A stretch of 64,000 nt of DNA from positions 10,292,001-10,356,000 of the forward strand of contig JBHGNT010000018.1 in NCBI GenBank assembly GCA_043228905.1, given 5' to 3'. Below, in pieces: positions 37,601 through 48,752 of the stretch; position 1 is the stretch's first letter; each line of letters opens with the position of its first letter. The stretch is from Azolla caroliniana. Lineage: Eukaryota > Plantae > Polypodiophyta. Both the position numbers and the translations under genes were made by a program. The notes beneath the pieces were generated by a model. It made no database searches, had not been told where the DNA came from, and saw only the letters and a program-made list of their open reading frames with translations.

Positions 37601-40600
37601 ATTAACTTGGAAAACAAGATAACATGGATCAGCCCCAAAATTTCACTTGGTACGAAGATGTAGCAATGGGCACGGTTCGGTTTCAAGGCAAAGAAACCAA
37701 ACCGTCATTTATAAACCCTCAAGTATTTGAGCCAAACCATTTAAACCCAAACCGTTTAGGGAAAAGTTGAAACCAAACCGAACCATTTAATAAAAAATTT
37801 AAACCTAACCATTTAAGTCAAACTAATTAAACATCTAAATAAACAAAAATACATTAAATTAAATAAGCATTTAAGTTAAATTTATTAAATCAATAAAAGA
37901 AACTTTAATTGAACCATTAAATTAAATAAACATTTTAGTTAAAATAATTAAATCAATAAAAAACCATTAATTTAACAAACTATTAAGGTAAAAAAAAAGT
38001 TAACCAAAAACCTATAAACCTTTAAACCAAACCATTTAAACCTATAAACCCGAGTTTTAGAACAGAATCGAACTAAAACCAAACCGTTTATCGAAAATGC
38101 AAACCAAACCATTAAATTTTTTTGGAACCAATAAACCATTAAACCATGGCTTAACGGTTCGGTTCGGTTTGAGCCGAAACCGTGCCCATTGCTAGCATTG
38201 CGTAGTGTGATAGGGTAACTGCGAAATTCATCACATTAGTTAGAGATTGAGGTAGGCAGATATACACAAATTCCTCTAGTTAGGGTAACTGCAACCAAAG
38301 CACCCTTGTCATCGACAGATAAAGGCCATTATCTCCTGCCATCGCAAGTACTTCCCTCGCTTCAGAGACCTCCCGTAGATCGACCTATGCTAGAGATCTT
38401 TCGAAGACAAAAAGTTACAATACATCTAACTTGAGAATCTCACATGTGCCGAAAACCAGATTCCTTCATCTCTTTTTATCTTATTTACTTTTTTGTTCTC
38501 AAAGACGAGACAACACGTAAGATGTAATTTCTTGTTTGGTCTTATAGGCCATTTTGGCCTCTTAAAAGATGTTAATATATTTTTCTTTCTTTCTAAAAGT
38601 TGATAAAAACATATTATCAGATTAATTCATGAAAATTAAAAGAAAAATGTCTGTTGTATAATTGTACAAATGCTTTTTCCATCACCCAGTAGCCATTTTC
38701 TAGGATATTTTATCTCCAAATATGGTATTTAAATGAGATTTAAATCATACAATTCTTGGATTTCAAACTTAGTTCGGATCTTCATCACATCAAGTTGACA
38801 TGGAAGAAAGAAAAGGAATCCCAGGATGGGAGGCGAAGCTTTTCAGCAAGCCAAGTAGACCTTTACAACAATACCAATTTTCATTCTGATTCATGTCAAG
38901 AACTACTTCATTGAAGTAAATGCTTTAGCTTTGTAATTAGGTGATGTTTTTCCCCATACTACAGAATATAGGTCATAAGAATATGTAGCTTTGCATTAGC
39001 ATAAGCTCTTGACACTAGAAATGTACTACGAACTTCAATACATGAAAATACTAGCTACAAGGCATGCTTTTGAGAAAGTGACACACATCACATTACAGGT
39101 TAATAGCTGGAGAAAAATTAGCCCAACTTTTATTATAACACATTTATAAATATCACTGAACTCTTGATAATCCCATCGGTGATTCATTCCATTTTTGGAC
39201 CTTTATGAGTCACATCTTAAGATGGATCTTCATTTAAGTCACCCTTACTCAAGTTGGGACACGTGTTTGGATAATGCCCTCGTGTGGACATTTAGTGAAA
39301 AAACATTTGAAGACAACATTATCTTGCATTGTACTCTTATTTTAGCATATATTTGTTAAATTCTTTATACAAAAACATCCATATAAAGCCTTTTCCAGGC
39401 ATTGGAATGGAAGTAGGAGTCAGTTGCATAGTCAAACAGGTCAATGGATGCAATATGGGGATGTCGGAAGGTCTTGGAAACATTAGCGACAATATCATGA
39501 ATCCCAAGCTGTATGGAGATCCCCAATTATGTCCACCAAACTGGGGACTAGTTCCCCTGTTAATGTGTTCACATAAGCAGGGGTTATTTTTAAGATGTTC
39601 AGATGGGAATATAGTGTAATAGCATGGAGCATGATTTTTTCTCATTTCTGCATTTTTAACTGCTACAGGATCTTCTTTATTATAAACAATCCTCCACAGC
39701 ATAGACAACTTCATTCCGTAATTTAGGTTTTAACGTGCTGTGGACAGAATACTTCATTCGTTTCTTTCTTTATGCAAGCATCAGGTCATATGTTTCTACT
39801 GCACATTAGTAGCTATCTACTTTGTAAGTGTTTAAACTTTTTTTCGCTTATCCATTGGTTGCACAGACATCTTCCGCATCTCTTTTAGACTTAATAGTTA
39901 TTGACTCTTTGAAGATTCAACCCTAACTCTCTCAACCCAGTTCTATAGGCTACTATGGTCATAATTCATGTGCATCAATCACTACCATCGCCTCCAAGAT
40001 ATCCATAATGGGCATTGCATCTTGTGCTTCTCCTCCACAAAAACCTTCTCTTGCATACTTAACAGCCATCTTCAGCAACTACTCAATCTGAGTGAAGTTG
40101 GATTCCACTCCCCTTGCAGCCTCACAAATTGCATATACTAAATATAGGAAATATCCCGAGCATCCACTTCTAATTTAAGGCTGCCCATAAACTTAATGTA
40201 AAGAAATACCTGTAACCTCACCCCATGAATATCTTCTTTACAAAAATTCTTTTGGGTCCAAAATCAATCAATACATATCCTCAAGTGCAAGTGATTTTGA
40301 ACCCAAATGAATTTTTTGAAGAAGACATTCATGAAGGTTCGGTTACAGATATTTCTTTTCATTAAGTTTATGGACAAATTTTACTTAGAAATGGATGATC
40401 TGGAGCACCAGAAGTCTACCTCAGACATTACGATTCTTTCAAGATAGATTTCAGGTGTCAATAACCTTTTTTCTTTTCCAGAAGGGGATATTCATTCATC
40501 CTATTTGTGAACTTTGTCAGTATAAAATACAACCAAAATGGTCAATAAAATTGGATCTCGGAGATATTGAGAACTTTTAAGGCAATCCGAAATACTGACA

Positions 40601-41161
40601 CAACAAATATTGAGCCAAAGAACAGAGAAAAGGAACGATAGAAAAGTTCTACTGCATAAAGATAGAGACGTCAATGACTTCTGTCATGGATAGGTCTACA
40701 GTTACCATGATAAGTTATAAGCCCTCTATGGATCGAGAGGTTGAATTAACTCATTCGAATGCATGTAGTCAAGCTACAAACAAACACTCTTAAAGAAAAA
40801 GAGATACACTAACCCTGGGAATCTCAGTAGAACGATGGAATCGAAAGCATCAAAAAGAGCATAAATGAAAGGGAACTTAACATAGAAAGGAACCCGATTC
40901 GAGTACTGTGAGATAAACGAGGGTTGTGGAAAAAGGGAAACGGGAGGAAGGGTGGAGGGCTTACATCTTTTCGCGCAATTGTGGAGAGTCTTTGGAGGTG
41001 CCGAGGCTTTGTACAAGGCGTCTGAAGGAGGCGACAGAGGTGTTGATCTGGAAGACGGACGCTGCCACACCCTTCCCTTTCCCTAAACCCTCCTCCCGCC
41101 GCCGCCGCCGCTCTTCTTCTTCATGCTGCTCTGATCTGCCCACCACGTCCTCATAGCTCAT
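34607..41161 (-). CDS. SYP2: Syntaxin of the SYP2 (SYP21/SYP22/VAM3) Qa-SNARE group, ~272 aa; exons 41161-40965, 35680-35593, 35518-35391, 35299-35219, 35093-34936, 34850-34750, 34672-34607
   Basis: [34 protein letters not shown]; [18 protein letters not shown]; SNARE motif [42 protein letters not shown]; C-terminal [22 protein letters not shown]. All introns are GT-AG and the CDS is 819 nt in frame. Confidence 0.92.
37040..38460 (+). mobile_element. Degenerate non-LTR (LINE) 3' fragment in syntaxin intron 1, interrupted by a MITE
   Basis: [22 protein letters not shown] resembles the RT thumb region of LINE ORF2. [11 protein letters not shown] after the MITE resembles a LINE C-terminal motif. 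Confidence 0.6.
37661..38194. mobile_element. MITE, probably hAT-derived
   Basis: 17-bp TIR TAGCAATGGGCACGGTT/AACCGTGCCCATTGCTA; many subterminal AAACC motifs; AT-rich core; no TSD seen. Confidence 0.8.
40161..40397. repeat. Long imperfect inverted repeat (foldback/MITE-like), ~105-bp arms
   Basis: CATCCACTTCTAA..CCATAAACTTAATG..CCAAAATCA is mirrored by TGATTTTGAA..CATTAAGTTTATGG..TTAGAAATGGATG. Confidence 0.85.
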
Positions 41162-41313
41162 TGATCCGCCTCCTTCCTTCCAATATTTCTCCTATAGATC
41201 TATCTATCCCCTTTCTCCTGCTGCTTGCGTTTGCCTCCTCCTCCTCCTCCTCCTCCTCCTCCTCCTCTCCCTCTCCTCTCTTCTCTGCTCTTTTCTGCTC
41301 TTCCCCTCCCCTG

Positions 41314-41365
<52 letters not shown>

Positions 41366-41529
41366 CTCGCTCTCCCTGGCTTCTCTTCGTCTTCTTCTTC
41401 TTTACGGAAACTTCAAAACTACCCCTCCCCTGCCTCTTCTTCATCCATCCAAAAACATAACATTTATGTATGTATGTACATATACATATACTGTTATACA
41501 TATACATACTCATTCATGAATGGTAACAC

Positions 41530-42300
41530 TTAGTTATATGGGGAACATGTATCTGTGGAGGAGCTCCTGGCTCTCTATGGCGATTTGAGCAACTACGATG
41601 TAGTGACCCAATCTAGTCGTGAATTGGAAGAAATGGATGGCTTTGCTTCCTTGGCCCACGTAAGGACCCGCGCCACGTCCATTGCAAAGGGTCCTAGTTG
41701 ACCTTACGTAGCCATGTGTTTTCATGAGTACATATGTGTCATTCTGGTTATACTTTGATTGGATTGGGATCTACAATCCACTTACGGCTTGGCTTGTATA
41801 CTCGAGTACTTGAATTGCCATGATCGATGTTGATGCCTCATTGTCTCGCAATTCATGGCCGTGGATCCTATCCAGTGTTTCCCTACCTCTTAGAATCAAA
41901 GGTCCCTCCTCATTGCCTATCCACTTCTCCATCATCATCCTTTGATTAGTAGCTTCCCCGAGCAATAGAGGGCTCATAATTTTAGATCTCATAGTCCATC
42001 CGCCCCTGATTGCATGGAGTATATTGGCTTGATCTTGTAGTGGCAATGACATAAACCACCTCCAACATTCTATACTCTTTCATGGACCTTCTACAATGCT
42101 CCCCCATGATAGCCCCTTACTTAATCCAATTAGATGATCGGATTCATCTCTGATACATGGGTTCCATGGGATGCATTGACTGAGCCAGGTAGGTTTAGAG
42201 TAAGGTTGATCACACTTGAACCCTCGTCTTATGACACACCACACCTTCCACATGGATGCCGAACAAGCAGACAACATCGCAGACACAACTCTCACGGAGC
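41530..42300 (-). mobile_element. Possible degenerate LINE fragment
   Basis: Broken Trp-rich ORFs (SMWKVWCVIRRG..WLSQCIPWNPCI) are typical of the LINE ORF2 C-terminus; weak evidence. Confidence 0.4.
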
Positions 42301-42699
42301 AATTGCCACCTTTGGTATCCGACGCCTAATCAGTCATGGTTCACGATCCCGCCTCGACTAAATCAACCAACCCGAAGATAACTGAAAAGAATAGCATGCG
42401 AAAGCTAAAAGACACAACCGGACAGAAGGTAAACGAAGGTTTAATGGAAACTCAGATAACACGCAAAGAACTTGGGAGAGACAAAGAGAGCAGGACACAA
42501 AAACTCAATTTCAATATAACACTTTGTACATACAAATGTGCTCAGAGAGCACTTTTATACAAGTCCTTAAAAGGACTTACATGTACTTTAATGCTCATAA
42601 CCATAGATTGACCCATGCGTGATATTCATAGTATTCAACATCCGTAATATTCGAGAATACGAAATGATCCCAAGAATATTACAGAACCATTCGTTTATT

Positions 42700-43318
42700 T
42701 ATTATTATAAATAAATAAAATTTTACATCTATTATATAAAAATATTATTAGTGTGAGGTTCCCTTTTTAATGTCAAGAGAGTAAAAAGTAGGGAATTAAT
42801 GAACCTTTTATTTATTATTTATTTTTATTGTTTTATTAAAAATAAAACAAATATTTTTAAGTTTTTCATCTATTATAAGAATATTATTAGTGTGAGGTCC
42901 CCTTTTTAATGTGAGATAAAAATACGAATTTTATGGGAACCTTTTATTTATTCTACTTATTTACATATTTTTATTTATTTTTTGCTTTATTAAGAAATAA
43001 AACAAATACATTTAAGTTTTATATCTATTCTAAAATGTGAGGTCTCCTTTTTAATGTGAGATAAAAATATGGAATTTATGGGTACCTTTTATTTATTTAC
43101 ATATTTTTATTTATTTTTTGTTTTATTAAAAAATAAAACAAATAATTTAAGTTTTATATCTATTCTAAAAATATTATTAGTGTGAGGCCCCCTTTTAATA
43201 TCAGATAAAAATATCAATTTTTGTGGGAGAATAAAAAGTGGGGAACTAATGAACCTTTTATTTATTATTTATTATTTATTAAAAATAAAATAGCTTTTAA
43301 GTTTTTCATCTATATTAT
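42700..43318. repeat. AT-rich tandem array, ~4 units of 135-155 bp, inserted in a copia LTR
   Basis: Units begin ATCTATT.. near 42727, 42868, 43023, 43158 and 43308 (the last only a partial start). The four full units contain TGTGAGG..CCTTTT(T)AAT and TTTATTAA.AAATAAAA. Confidence 0.8.
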
Positions 43319-43634
43319 CCATCTGATCCGGCTCTCAGCTTATTCAGCCGATCCGACCCACATAGAGCTTGTCCGCTCAACACTCCCCCTCACGCTCAAA
43401 TTGAGGTCGATCTTTCGTCGGTCCTTATCTCTGGCTCCTCCCGGCGTTGTCAGAACCAAGGATAAAAGATAGAGTGATGGAAGAAGGATAGAGAAGAATG
43501 TATGTATAAGATAGAGAAAGAAAGAGAATGGATACAAGATATGTAATGAGAGCTAAAGACTGGTGTTGATTCGAATTGATTTGAGAATACATGTATGCGC
43601 TTATTTATAAGTTCCTATAGAATAGCTTAGAGAT

Positions 43635-43707
43635 TTCTAGAATGTTCTAGAATGTTCTAGACCTAGAATGCTCTAGGACATTCTAGAACATTCTAGAATA
43701 ATCTAGA
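43635..43707. promoter_or_regulatory. Heat-shock element array in the LTR U3 (second copy at 48942-49014)
   Basis: TTCtaGAAtgTTCtaGAAtgTTC and TTCtaGAAcaTTCtaGAA are alternating nGAAn pentamers just upstream of TATAAATA on the element strand. Confidence 0.8.
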
Positions 43708-43840
43708 GTTTTTACAATAATCAATGTAATACAAGAAGTAGCTTTTATTGTTTCATATAACAATAAGCTATCTTAATGGTTGAGGTTTTCAAGTATGAAT
43801 TACAAGGTTCGAGGTTCAAGTCCGAGTGACGCCATAATGG

Positions 43841-46800
43841 TCATGTGTTCATGACACTATCCCTCCTTCGAGAACGCCGAGTGGAAGTCGGCGTTAACAT
43901 TGTTGGGCCGGGCTTGTTTGGATAGTGACGATGGAAGTCGTTGATCAGAGCTTCAGCATTACAAACATTATCGATGGGTTCCCAAGTGCGATCACTCGGA
44001 GGATAACCAAGCCAATCAACTAGATAATAAAGCTTATTGCGCACAATCTTAGAATCGAGAATAGCAGCTACCTCGTATTCGGGGCCGTCCACAAGTTGTA
44101 CAGAAGGCGGTGGTGGCACGACACGATTAGGAATTAAAGAGGTGTGGCAAGGTTCCAAAAGAGAGCTATGAAAGACAGGGTGAAGTCGCATATGTGCAGG
44201 AAGGTTAAGACGAAATGTTGCATCATTAATCTGCGCCATGATGACAAAAGGACCTAAGCGTTGATAGTCAAGCTTAGCACACGGTCGGGTAGTCTTGATG
44301 TGACGACGAAGCAACCATACACGGTCACCAACCTTAAACGGAGACTTAAGACGATGTCGATCGACATTGGTCTTATGGTGTGCTTGCGCTTTCTAAAGAT
44401 GTGACGATAACTCGAACTGGATTTGTTGTAGTCGGTGGAGGTGATGCGCCGCACTAGGGTTTCGTGACACCTCGGGAAGATCCAGTATACACCATCGAGG
44501 GTGGTTGCTGGTGTAGGCAAAGAAAGGTGTAACTTTGGTAGAAGAGTGGACCGTGTTGTTGTATGCAAACTCGGCAAGATGTAAACTTTTACTCCAATCA
44601 TCTTGTTGATAACTAATGAAACATCGAAGATATTGCTCGAGCGTTTGATTTGTGCGCTCTGTTTGTCCGTCAGTTTGTGGATGATAAGCCGAAGAGAGTT
44701 TGCAAGAGATTTTGAGGCCTGCCCATAGGTGCTTCCAAAAGTGTGAGATAAATTGAGGACCTCGATCGCTAATAATATCATTCGGGAGACCATGATGGCG
44801 AAACACTTCACGCATAATGAGATCTGCAGTTTCTTCACTATTGATGGTCTTTACACATGGTACAAAATGTGCCATCTTGGTGAACCGATCCACTACTGTT
44901 AAAATAGTATCAAAGCCTTTGGAAGGTGGCAGATCCGTAATGAAATCCATAGAAATAGACTGCCATGGCTTGTTGGGAGGGGGTAATGGTTGTAGTAAGC
45001 CATAAGGGTGATGCCGGGGTATTTTGGCGCGACAACAGGTGTCACAAGTGCGAACATAATCTTCGACAAATTTTTGCAAGTGAGGCCACCAAAACAAACG
45101 TTTCACAAGCTCAATGGTCTTGGAAATACCAAATGTCCAGCCATGGGGGCATCATGACAATGTTCCAACACTTGAAGTCGGGGTGATCCGTCGGGGACGT
45201 AAAGGAGATTCTTGTAGAAGAGTAAACCATCTTGCCACTTGAAGTCCTGATAATGTTGAGATGACCCTGGCAATGTGGAGCAAGATGGACGACTTGAACC
45301 ACAGTGGGCTAAGACATCCTCAGCAAAATCATCCGAATGAAGTTGTTGCCGAATAGTGTCAAGAAGGGTAGAATCAAGTGGTGTGGCATAAATTGTTGTT
45401 ACCTGTAGCTTTGATGGCTCGAGGAGAGTTTGCTTTTGATTGTCAAAGGCCGGATCTCCAGGTCGAAGTGCTAGATACGAACGCCGAGACAGAGCATCTG
45501 CTTTCCCTTGTTTTCTGGGGCGAAAAATGATCTTGAAATCGAAACGCGTTAGAAATTGGGCCCACCGAGCTTGTCATTTATTTAATACTCGAGCTGTTTG
45601 AAAATATGTGAGATTTTTGTGATCACTATAAATGATAATCTGATGAGGTGATCCTTCTAGAAAATGACGCCATTGCTCGAATGAGTCGACCACAGCTAGT
45701 AACTCCTTGTCATGCACCTCATAGTTTATCTCCGAAACAGTAAACTTTCTCGAGTGAAACGCGACTGGATGTATCTGCCCGTCCTCGCCTGGTTGCGATA
45801 GGATACTCCCCAATGCAAAGTCTGATGCATCCGCCTCAATAGTAAATGGCTTTTCAGGATCAATATGTGCTAGGATGGGTGCTGATGTGAATGCCCCTTT
45901 CAGCTGCGTAAAAGCCTTGTCCGCTTCGATACTCCAAAAAAATGCTTGATTTTTCTTGGTGAGTCGAGTAAGGGGCAACACAATGCTTGAATAATTATGT
46001 ATGAATTTGCGATAGAAGTTCGCAAATCCGAGGAAACACTGGACATCCCGAACTGAGCATGGGGGTTTCCATTCCAATATTGTTTGGACTTTTGCCGGGT
46101 CCATGAAAACACCCTGGGATGAAATAGTGTATCCCAAAAATTCGACTTGTTTGCAATCAAAACTACATTTCTCAAGTTTGGCGTAAAGACCATACTTCCT
46201 TAGGCGTTCAAGTACTTGCCGCACATGTATATCATGCTCCCCCTGTGTTTTAGAGTAAATCAATAGATCATCTAGGTAGATGATTAGAAAAATATCCAAG
46301 AAATCCCGAAAGATGTCATTTGCCATATGTTGGAATACGGCAGGTGCATTTGTGAGCCCAAAAGGCATGACTGTATACTCGAAATGACCATACCGAGTAC
46401 GAAATGCTGTTTTCCACTCATCTCCCGGCCGAATTCGAACAAGATTATATGCACCCCTTAGATCAATTTTGGTAAAATGCTTTGCCCCACCAATGTGTTC
46501 TAAGAGATTGGAGATTAAAGGTAAAGCATACCTATTCCTTATGGTGACTTTATTTAAGCCTCGATAGTCCACGACCAAACGAAGGGAGCCATCCTTTTTC
46601 TTCACAAAAAAGATAGGAGCACCAACTGGAGACTTTGAATGTCGAATAAACCCATGTGCAAGATTTTCCTCGATGTATTCTCGAAGAACCTCAAGCTCAG
46701 TGGGTGATAAATTGTAAATCGGACCCCACGGAGGCTCTTTTCTTGGTTGGAGATCAATAGGACAGTCGTACGACCGATGCTTTGGAAGAACACTAGCTTT

Positions 46801-47505
46801 GACTTTGTCGAAAACATCAGCATAGTCTTGATATTTTTTGGGAATTTGGATGTTTGAATTCCCTTGAGTGACACTAGAAGGTGTCACTAATACTGCAAAT
46901 AAGAAAAGGTCCTCCTTGCCTCCCACTTGGTGCAATTGTTGCAATGTGATGGCTGAAATTTTATGAGAAGGATATGGTGCATCGGTAGAACTATATACTT
47001 TGGGAGGATAATCCCGAGTTCGATCCTTGACAATGATATTTTCTGCTAAAGGGCACCTAATTTCTCGCTTCCTCCAATCGATTCTAGGGTTATGTAGCTC
47101 GAACCATGGCAAACCGAGGACAATTGGATGCTCAGGACTACAGATTATGTTAAAGGAAACTACACATCCTAAATCACCCAAGAGTATGTGTATTGGCTCA
47201 GACTCTTCAAATATCTTCCCGGAAGCTATGGGGCGTCCATCAATCACTACTACAACAACTGGACAAGGAAGTGTATGCAAGGATATTTGGTGTTTTTGGG
47301 CAAAATCTCTATCCATGAAACAAGAATTGGCTCCAGTATCTAAGAGGGCTTGGACTTGAAGTTGACAACTGGGTGTCCTAACTTGTACTAGGGCTGAGAA
47401 GACTCTACTAACATGCTTGGAAGAAATGGAACACACACTAGGTTGTACATATCTAGGGTTGTCCAACCAAATGGCTCCTATTTTGGCCGAACTTATTCGT
47501 TTGAC
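43841..47505 (-). pseudogene. pol of element A (PR-RT-RH-IN-chromodomain) with nonsense and frameshift lesions
   Basis: ORFs 45574-47466, 44393-45106 and 43841-44314; stops TGA at 45574 and TAG at 44393; one frame change between 45574 and 45106. Confidence 0.9.
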
Positions 47506-48656
47506 TCCTCTTCTAATTGGCTTAGGACTTCAAATTTATTGGACAAGAGTGGATTATTCATAATATTAGATTCACTAACTACTTCTAAAATGTTGGACTC
47601 ATTTTTATTGTCATAGTGAATTTGATTTATCTAACGTCTCGGCCTACAGGAGCAATGAATGGCTATATGTCTTGGACCTCCACAATATAAGCACAGATGG
47701 TTTGCTCGACGACGTTGCTTCTCTTCGTCTGACAACGGTCCTCGTCGTTGAGTCATATCGATCTCCATGGGTGTAGGACTATCCATTGGGACTGGACTAC
47801 GTGTTTGCCTTGGAGTTGGAGCAGGGCTATACATTTGCCTTGGGGATGATTGCGCCGTTACTGATGCATAAGTTGGTGTGAATCTAGATCTTGTTATTTG
47901 TTGTTGTCGCTCACATCGACGCTCAAAAAGGCGATTATCACACCGTATTGCTCGACTAATAGCTTCTGTAAGTGACCTTGGATCCTCGGGGGAGGTAAGA
48001 AGTAAGTCTTTGACATCACTACGAAGGCCTGAACGGAATTGCTCCATTAGGGCTTGTTCATCCCAAGGAATATCGCTTGCGATGAGACGGAAATTGGCAG
48101 CATATGTTGAAGCTAGTTGATCACCTTGACGAAGTGTACGAATCTTGTTGATAGCTGTTCTCGCCCCATCAGTATCTCCGAAACAAGCCTTAAATTCCTT
48201 GATAAATTCCTCAAAATTATTCAGTAGAGGAGAATTGGTCTCTAGCAATGGAGCAAACCACGACAACGCTATGCCAATCAATAAAGTGCCCACTAGCCCG
48301 ACTCGTGATGCATCTGTTGGATAACGTGCAGGATGCATTTGAATCACCAACCGTACTTGATTCAAAAAACCTCGGAAATGCGCCCTCGACCCATCAAATT
48401 TAGCTGGGAGGCTAATTTTGGGCTCCTTGATAAGTCCCTGACCTTCAACCCTTTGTTGTTGTAACACGACGATTGTCGACTCTAACTGTTGCACTCGTCG
48501 CGTGAACTCCTCTTGTTGTTGTTGCTTCTCTATAGTAACCTTTTGTAGATCCCCAAGTAGACGTTGATTCTCTACTTCAAGAGATGCGAACTTGGATTTA
48601 AGGTTCTCCATTTCTGCAACAAGGGTGAGATATTCTTCTGAGTTAATGGCAACCAT
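47493..48656 (-). pseudogene. gag of element A (premature TAG at 47631-47633)
   Basis: ATG at 48656 (MVAINSEEY); CLYCGGPRHIAIHC; natural stop TAA at 47493-47495, matching gag 61035-62162. Confidence 0.85.
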
Positions 48657-48681
48657 GGTTTCAGGATGGTTACAAAGGAGG

Positions 48682-48684
<3 letters not shown>

Positions 48685-48740
<56 letters not shown>
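48685..48740. repeat. (GA)n microsatellite in the element A leader
   Basis: Directly visible. Confidence 0.95.
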
Positions 48741-48741
<1 letters not shown>

Positions 48742-48745
<4 letters not shown>

Positions 48746-48752
48746 GAATCAA
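48742..48752 (-). promoter_or_regulatory. Self-priming PBS of element A
   Basis: TTGATTCGAAT, 2 nt after the 5' LTR, is the exact complement of ATTCGAATCAA (48883-48873), 33 nt downstream of the TATA box. There is no TGG tRNA-type PBS. Confidence 0.85.

Noticed and set aside
39329-39714. 125-aa and 96-aa ORFs in syntaxin intron 1
   Set aside because: No recognisable motif or splice support; left unassigned.
41151-41533. ORFs with ER, LS and poly-P/E repeats
   Set aside because: Translations of (CT)n/(CCT)n microsatellites in the syntaxin 5' region.
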